From contig NW_021834150.1 in the NCBI RefSeq assembly GCF_006345805.1, positions 1-64,000 of the forward strand: a stretch of 64,000 nucleotides of DNA, given 5' to 3'. Shown here in pieces: positions 59,203-64,000 of this stretch (positions are counted from its first letter, which is position 1; each line of letters starts with the position of its first letter). The notes beneath the pieces are model-generated. The model made no database searches. It was not told the DNA's origin and saw only the letters and a list, made by a program, of their open reading frames with translations. The position numbers and the translations under genes were made by a program. The DNA comes from Octopus sinensis. Lineage: Eukaryota.

Positions 59203-59790
59203 CAGGGGTGCGCAAGTGCGGCCGTGAGTCGATGAATGTGCGGCCGTGGGCACAATTAGGTCATCGAGCAACTAATCTTAAATATAATGCTCACAGTGTT
59301 AATTAATCAAGAAAAACCCTAAATAATAATTAAAAATATTCATATTAAATTTACCTGTTAAAAGACGACGTTCTTTGAATGAAGAAAAAAGAAAATTTAA
59401 TATCAACTGGGAAAGTGAATACTTCTTGTCGAAACAAATAACAATAGCATGCAATGCTTATTGTGCCATGAGATTGTGAAAACTATAAAACGGGACAATG
59501 CTAAACAACATTTTCAAAGACATTTAGACCACCTAGTTGTCAAGTCCAAGTGTTCAAGAGAAGATTCCCTCGAAAATTTGAAATACAAATTAAGACAACA
59601 AAAAAAATGTTTAAAAACTTTTTTAAATGTGGCAAATGCAAGAGTTGAAGCATCCTTTCGAGTTGCTCATATCCTTGGATCTGCTGGAAAACCTTTTTCA
59701 GACGGCGAACTTGTGAAAAGATGTATCATGGAATCAGTTAAATGCATTGATCCCGACAAGAAGCATAACTTTGAATTAATTCCACTTTCA
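59203..59790 (+). mobile_element. hAT (GTF2IRD2-like) left end and N-terminal fragment
   Basis: CAGGGGTGCGCAAG end; QCLLC..H...H, KPFSDGELVKRC. Confidence 0.8.
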
Positions 59791-60109
59791 CGTGACCGCC
59801 GAATTTTACCGATCCCCGAAATTGGCGGATTCGAGAGACTTTACTGTATTAACAATACAGGTAATAGGGATGAAGAATTTCATAATTATGATTCGATTTG
59901 TCACAAAATTCTTTCCGAAACATTCATTATTTTCTCGACAACAAGTCTTTAATCATCCCGAATGATTGAGAACAAATGATTGATTTTTTTGAGAACAAAA
60001 GGTTAGTACGAGACCACGAAATTGAGAAGACAGTTTAAAACGATACATTCTGTATATGTCCATTAGTCTGAAAAAAACAAAAACATTCCTTTCGTAATTG
60101 TCAAAATTG

Positions 60110-60290
60110 ACATTAAAAATGACTTCAACTCGATACGACGTGATACACTTCTAGAGGATTGCTTTACATACTACCCATCAGTGTATAGCTATATTCATAG
60201 CTCATATGGAAAACCATCCAGTCTGGTGCACGGCCAATATTACATTCCATCGTGTTCTAAAATCCAACAAGGAAACCAACTGCCTAACAC
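60110..60290 (+). mobile_element. CRE/HERO-like RT fragment
   Basis: FNSIRRD..Y..PS.L....I.S..IQQG. Confidence 0.6.
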
Positions 60291-60636
60291 TAAACACCAA
60301 TAAATGTGAAGTTATCAATTTTAAAGATCAAAATAATATAAATTAATATAAATTTAATTCAAAAAGGATCAAAATAATATAAATTAAAATTCAAAAAGTC
60401 AATATTGGTTGAGATTAATTAATTGATAAAATAAATACAAATTCACTTGCAAAATAAACTTTATTCAGGATATTTTAGCAGTAGTCAAATTAATTAATCA
60501 TCAAACAAATAAAAAACGGAAATATTATAAAAATAAAACATTGATTGTACAAAATAATAGAATAACAATTAACAACAGAAATGGAACAACAGAAGAAAAG
60601 AATATAACGTGCTTTACAAGTGAATAATATATCATA

Positions 60637-61185
60637 CTAGCTCGGCAGCTCGCTTCGCTCACCGCGACCTAGCTCCTGCGGAGGGCCTGTTTCATCAAAC
60701 AACTATAAGTTTATGTAGATGTATAAAACTACCTGGTTTAATGTAACCCTATTCTATTGCCTGTTGATAAACGATGTTTGTCGTCCGTCCTTCCTTGGCA
60801 TATATGAATAAATTTTCTCTTCTGCCTACCCTCGAGCATCCCACATACAGCTGTCCATGTGAAAAGCACTCACTCTCTAAAAATAACCCAACTACCTTTA
60901 ATGACTGTCCCTGGGCCTTGTTTATTGTCATTGCAAAAACTCATCCTCAAAGGAAATTGCAGCCTTTTAAATCTAAATGGTAATTCATCAGAATTATCGG
61001 AATTCGTGGAATATAAACATCCTCACCTCTATACTTACCTGTTAATATCGTCGCCTCTATTACGTTAGCCATCAAATTTTTGATAACTAACCTCGTTCCG
61101 TTGCATAATTTAGGTGGCGCAAGATTTTGTAATAAAACCACTGGAACGCCTATCTTTAATTTTAAAAGATGATTCGGCATTCCAG
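60637..61185 (-). mobile_element. Helitron 3' end, third copy
   Basis: Near-identical to 41945-42500. Confidence 0.93.
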
Positions 61186-61566
61186 AGGGATCTAAGAATT
61201 TTAAAAATTCAATCCGGTTGAATTTTTAGAAAATAACAAAAAAAATAAAAAAAAACAAATAAAAATAAATAATTTAAAAACAAAAAAAATAAAAAAACTT
61301 TAAAAATTTGTAAAATAGTATAAACAAAAAAAATCTCTGCCGCCACGGCAACAACCTGTCTAATTTTTTTAACAGCCAATTAAGATAATGCTTAAAAGCC
61401 TTTATAGTCCGGAGATTTAGCTTAGTGACCTTGATTAGACAAACCACTGGCGGAAATGGGACAGGCAGAAATGGGACAGGCGGAGATGCGGCAGGCAGAG
61501 TAGCAGCAGCCAAAAAAGCGACACACAAAAAAGATTTAATTACCTTAAGCTGACCGTTTTTTCTTC

Positions 61567-62300
61567 GATTGCACATTCTGTCAAAGTCAAATATGATAAT
61601 AGCGGGTTACATTAAACCAGGTAGGGAAGGTTTCAAGGACCTCATCATGTAAGTCGAGGACATCGTAGTTGTTCATTTTAACCAAAATGCAGAAAAATTT
61701 TTTTTATTTTTTGGGGGGAAGGTTTAAGGACCTCATCATGTAAGTCGAGGACATCGTAGTTGTTCATTTTAACCAAAATGCAGAAAATTTTTTTTAATTT
61801 TTTTGGGGGAAGGTTTTAAGGACCTCATCATGTAAGTCGAGGACATCGTAGTTGTTCATTTTGACCAAAATGCAGAAAAATTTTTTTTAATTTTTTTTGG
61901 GGGAAGGTTTAAGGACCTCATCATGTAAGTCGAGGACATCGTAGTTGTTCATTTTGACCAAAATGCAGAAAAATTTTTTTTAATTTTTTTTTGGGGGAAG
62001 GTTTTAAGGACCTCATCATGTAAGTCGAGGACATCGTAGTTGTTCATTTTGACCAAAATGCAGAAAAATTTTTTTTAATTTTTTTTGGGGGGAAGGTTTT
62101 AAGGACCTCATCATGTAAGTCGAGGACATTGTAGTTGTTCATTTTGACCAAAATGCAGCAAAATTTTTTTTAATTTTTTTTGGGGGGAAGGTTTTAAGGA
62201 CCTCATCATGTAAGTCGAGGACATCGTATTGCCAATTTGAAGTTGGTGTGCACACACACACAGACAGACAGACAGACACCATACCATTTTATTATTAAGA
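61567..62300 (-). mobile_element. Deleted Helitron-like element E4 with about 7 x ~93-bp repeat
   Basis: Same 5' end, microsatellite and repeat as E1/E2. Confidence 0.85.
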
Positions 62301-62406
62301 TTTAATTCGATAAATTAAGAACATTTTATTTTTCAAAATAAATAAAAAATCAAATTTTATTAACATTTTACAATTCTTTATTTTCTAGCTTTAGTAATAT
62401 TATGAT

Positions 62407-63029
62407 ATGGTAGATAGCCTTAATATTTTCCTAATCAGTCATAATATTGTATTCCTGAACTACATTTTTTTTTTGTTTAGTGGTGTAAGGATGGTTGGTT
62501 TTTCTCAGTCTGGAAAAGTCATTTCCATGGACGCATCCACAGAATACCAAGTAAATGACGCTCAAGAAAATGTGGATTTGTCTGTTCATGGCTGTCTTAA
62601 TGCCCCTGTCAAATACAATGAAACTCAGCAGCTCTCGTCAACTTTGTTATCCTTAAAAGCTATTTGTGAGTCTATTGATTCGTCCAACCCAGGAGAGTGG
62701 ATGTCATCTCTTTTGAACTATGTCAAAGATCGTCTCAAGCGAGTACCTAGGGGAGGGTGGCCACTTATGGCCAGCTATTTTAATTCTAAATTTGGTAAGA
62801 AAAAATCGATATTCGAATTGAAAAAAACTTGCTACTACTTTCCGCGGAAATAATGAAATCACCAAAACTGGACATAATATGAATAGAAAATTACTGATTT
62901 GACACTGTACAACAAAATTTTTGAAGAATATTAATTCAAATTGATCAAAATAAATCAATACCAATCGAAGAAAGGAAGCAAACAAGAAAGATTCAATCTC
63001 AGCATGTATCATGAATGAAGTGATTGAAA
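62407..63029 (+). pseudogene. Probable N-terminal part of an RLE LINE ORF (Myb-like helix region)
   Basis: W..MASYFNSKFG; downstream ERKQTRKIQ resembles NPTRKIP at ~10715. Assignment is by analogy only. Confidence 0.4.
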
Positions 63030-64000
63030 TCTTTAATAATAATGGTATGGTATGGTTATGGTGTCTGTATGTCTGTCGTCTGTCTGTCTGTCTGTCTGTG
63101 TGGGTGCACACCAACTTCAAATTGGCAATACGATTGTTCCTCGACTTACATGAGGAAGTCCTTAAAACCTTCCCCCCAAAAAAATTAAAAAAAAATTTCT
63201 GCATTTTGGGTAAAATGAACAACTACAATGTCCTCGACTTACATGATGAAGTCCTTAAAACCTTCCCCCCAAAAAAAATTAAAAAAAATTTTCTGCATTT
63301 TGGTTAAAATGAACAACTACAATGTCCTCGACTTACATGATGAAGTCCTTAAAACCTTCCCCAAAAAAAAAAATTAAAAAAAATTTCTGCATTTTGGTTA
63401 AAATGAACAAACACGATGTCCTCGACTTACATGATGAGGTCCTTAAAACCTTCCCCCCAAAAAAAATTAAAAAAAAAGTTTTTCTGCATTTTGGTCAAAA
63501 TGAACAACTACGATGTCCTCGACTTACATGATGAGGTCCTTAAAACTTCCCCCCAAAAAAAATTAAAAAAAAATTTTCTGCATTTTGGTTAAAATGAACA
63601 ACTACGATGTCCTCGACTTACATGATGAGGTCCTTAAATCCTTCCCGCCAAAAAATCAAAAAATTATTTTCTGCATTTGATTAAAATGAACAACGTAATG
63701 TCTCGACATTCATGATGAGGCCTATTAAAACCTTCGAGGCAAAATCTCACGTATTAAGAATATCCTTGATGAAAACGACAGCGAGAAATTAACAATGATG
63801 AACTCCCAATTATTCGCGATAAAGAAATTCAATTCATCCTATGATTTTCTCTTTAAAAATTAAATGCATATATCATTATCGACCATGAATCAAAATTAAA
63901 GCTATTATCATATTTGACTTTGACAGAATGTGCAATTACAGATTGCACGACCTTGAATAGAGTGTGCAATTAACAGATTTGAAAAACACTTTGATAGTTA
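63030..64000 (+). mobile_element. Helitron-like element E3 with about 7 x ~93-bp repeat, runs off the window
   Basis: A|TCTTTAATAAT 5' end, (CTGT)n, array, and the same unique 3' region as E1. Confidence 0.85.

Noticed and set aside
1-64000. tRNA, rRNA, snRNA or spliced-leader genes
   Set aside because: None recognised by eye. A covariance-model search is needed to exclude them.

Overview
AT-rich eukaryotic (metazoan) DNA that is almost entirely repeats. Only two host genes are clearly supported. One is KLHDC4 (13152-14609, +, seven introns). The other is a very divergent type II TGF-beta/activin-family receptor kinase (17906-19224, -, three introns). All ten introns I could splice by hand are 22-32 nt. 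With a TGF-beta receptor present, this points to an animal with miniaturised introns; a dicyemid is my best inference, and a myxozoan or orthonectid is not excluded. The window opens with about 4.7 kb of complex higher-order satellite. The rest is nested transposons: integrase-only Ginger-like DNA transposons (TGT...ACA ends), several LINE classes (APE-RT, RTE, CRE/HERO-like, R4/NeSL-like RLE), hATs (one intact), Tc1, an intact IS630-like DD34E element with long minisatellite TIRs, pogo remnants, Helitron 3' ends, and four non-autonomous Helitron-like elements carrying a ~93-bp satellite. The most notable observations are: (1) Ginger-like integrase genes with host-type 24-27-nt introns at shared positions; (2) a 2A/StopGo peptide in front of a LINE endonuclease; (3) a twin-primed RTE insertion; (4) satellite arrays carried by Helitron-like elements inside an inverted-repeat structure; (5) a receptor kinase with DFG changed to DFE and no Gly-rich loop. 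Everything was read by eye and no database searches were run. Some homopolymer frameshifts may be sequencing errors.
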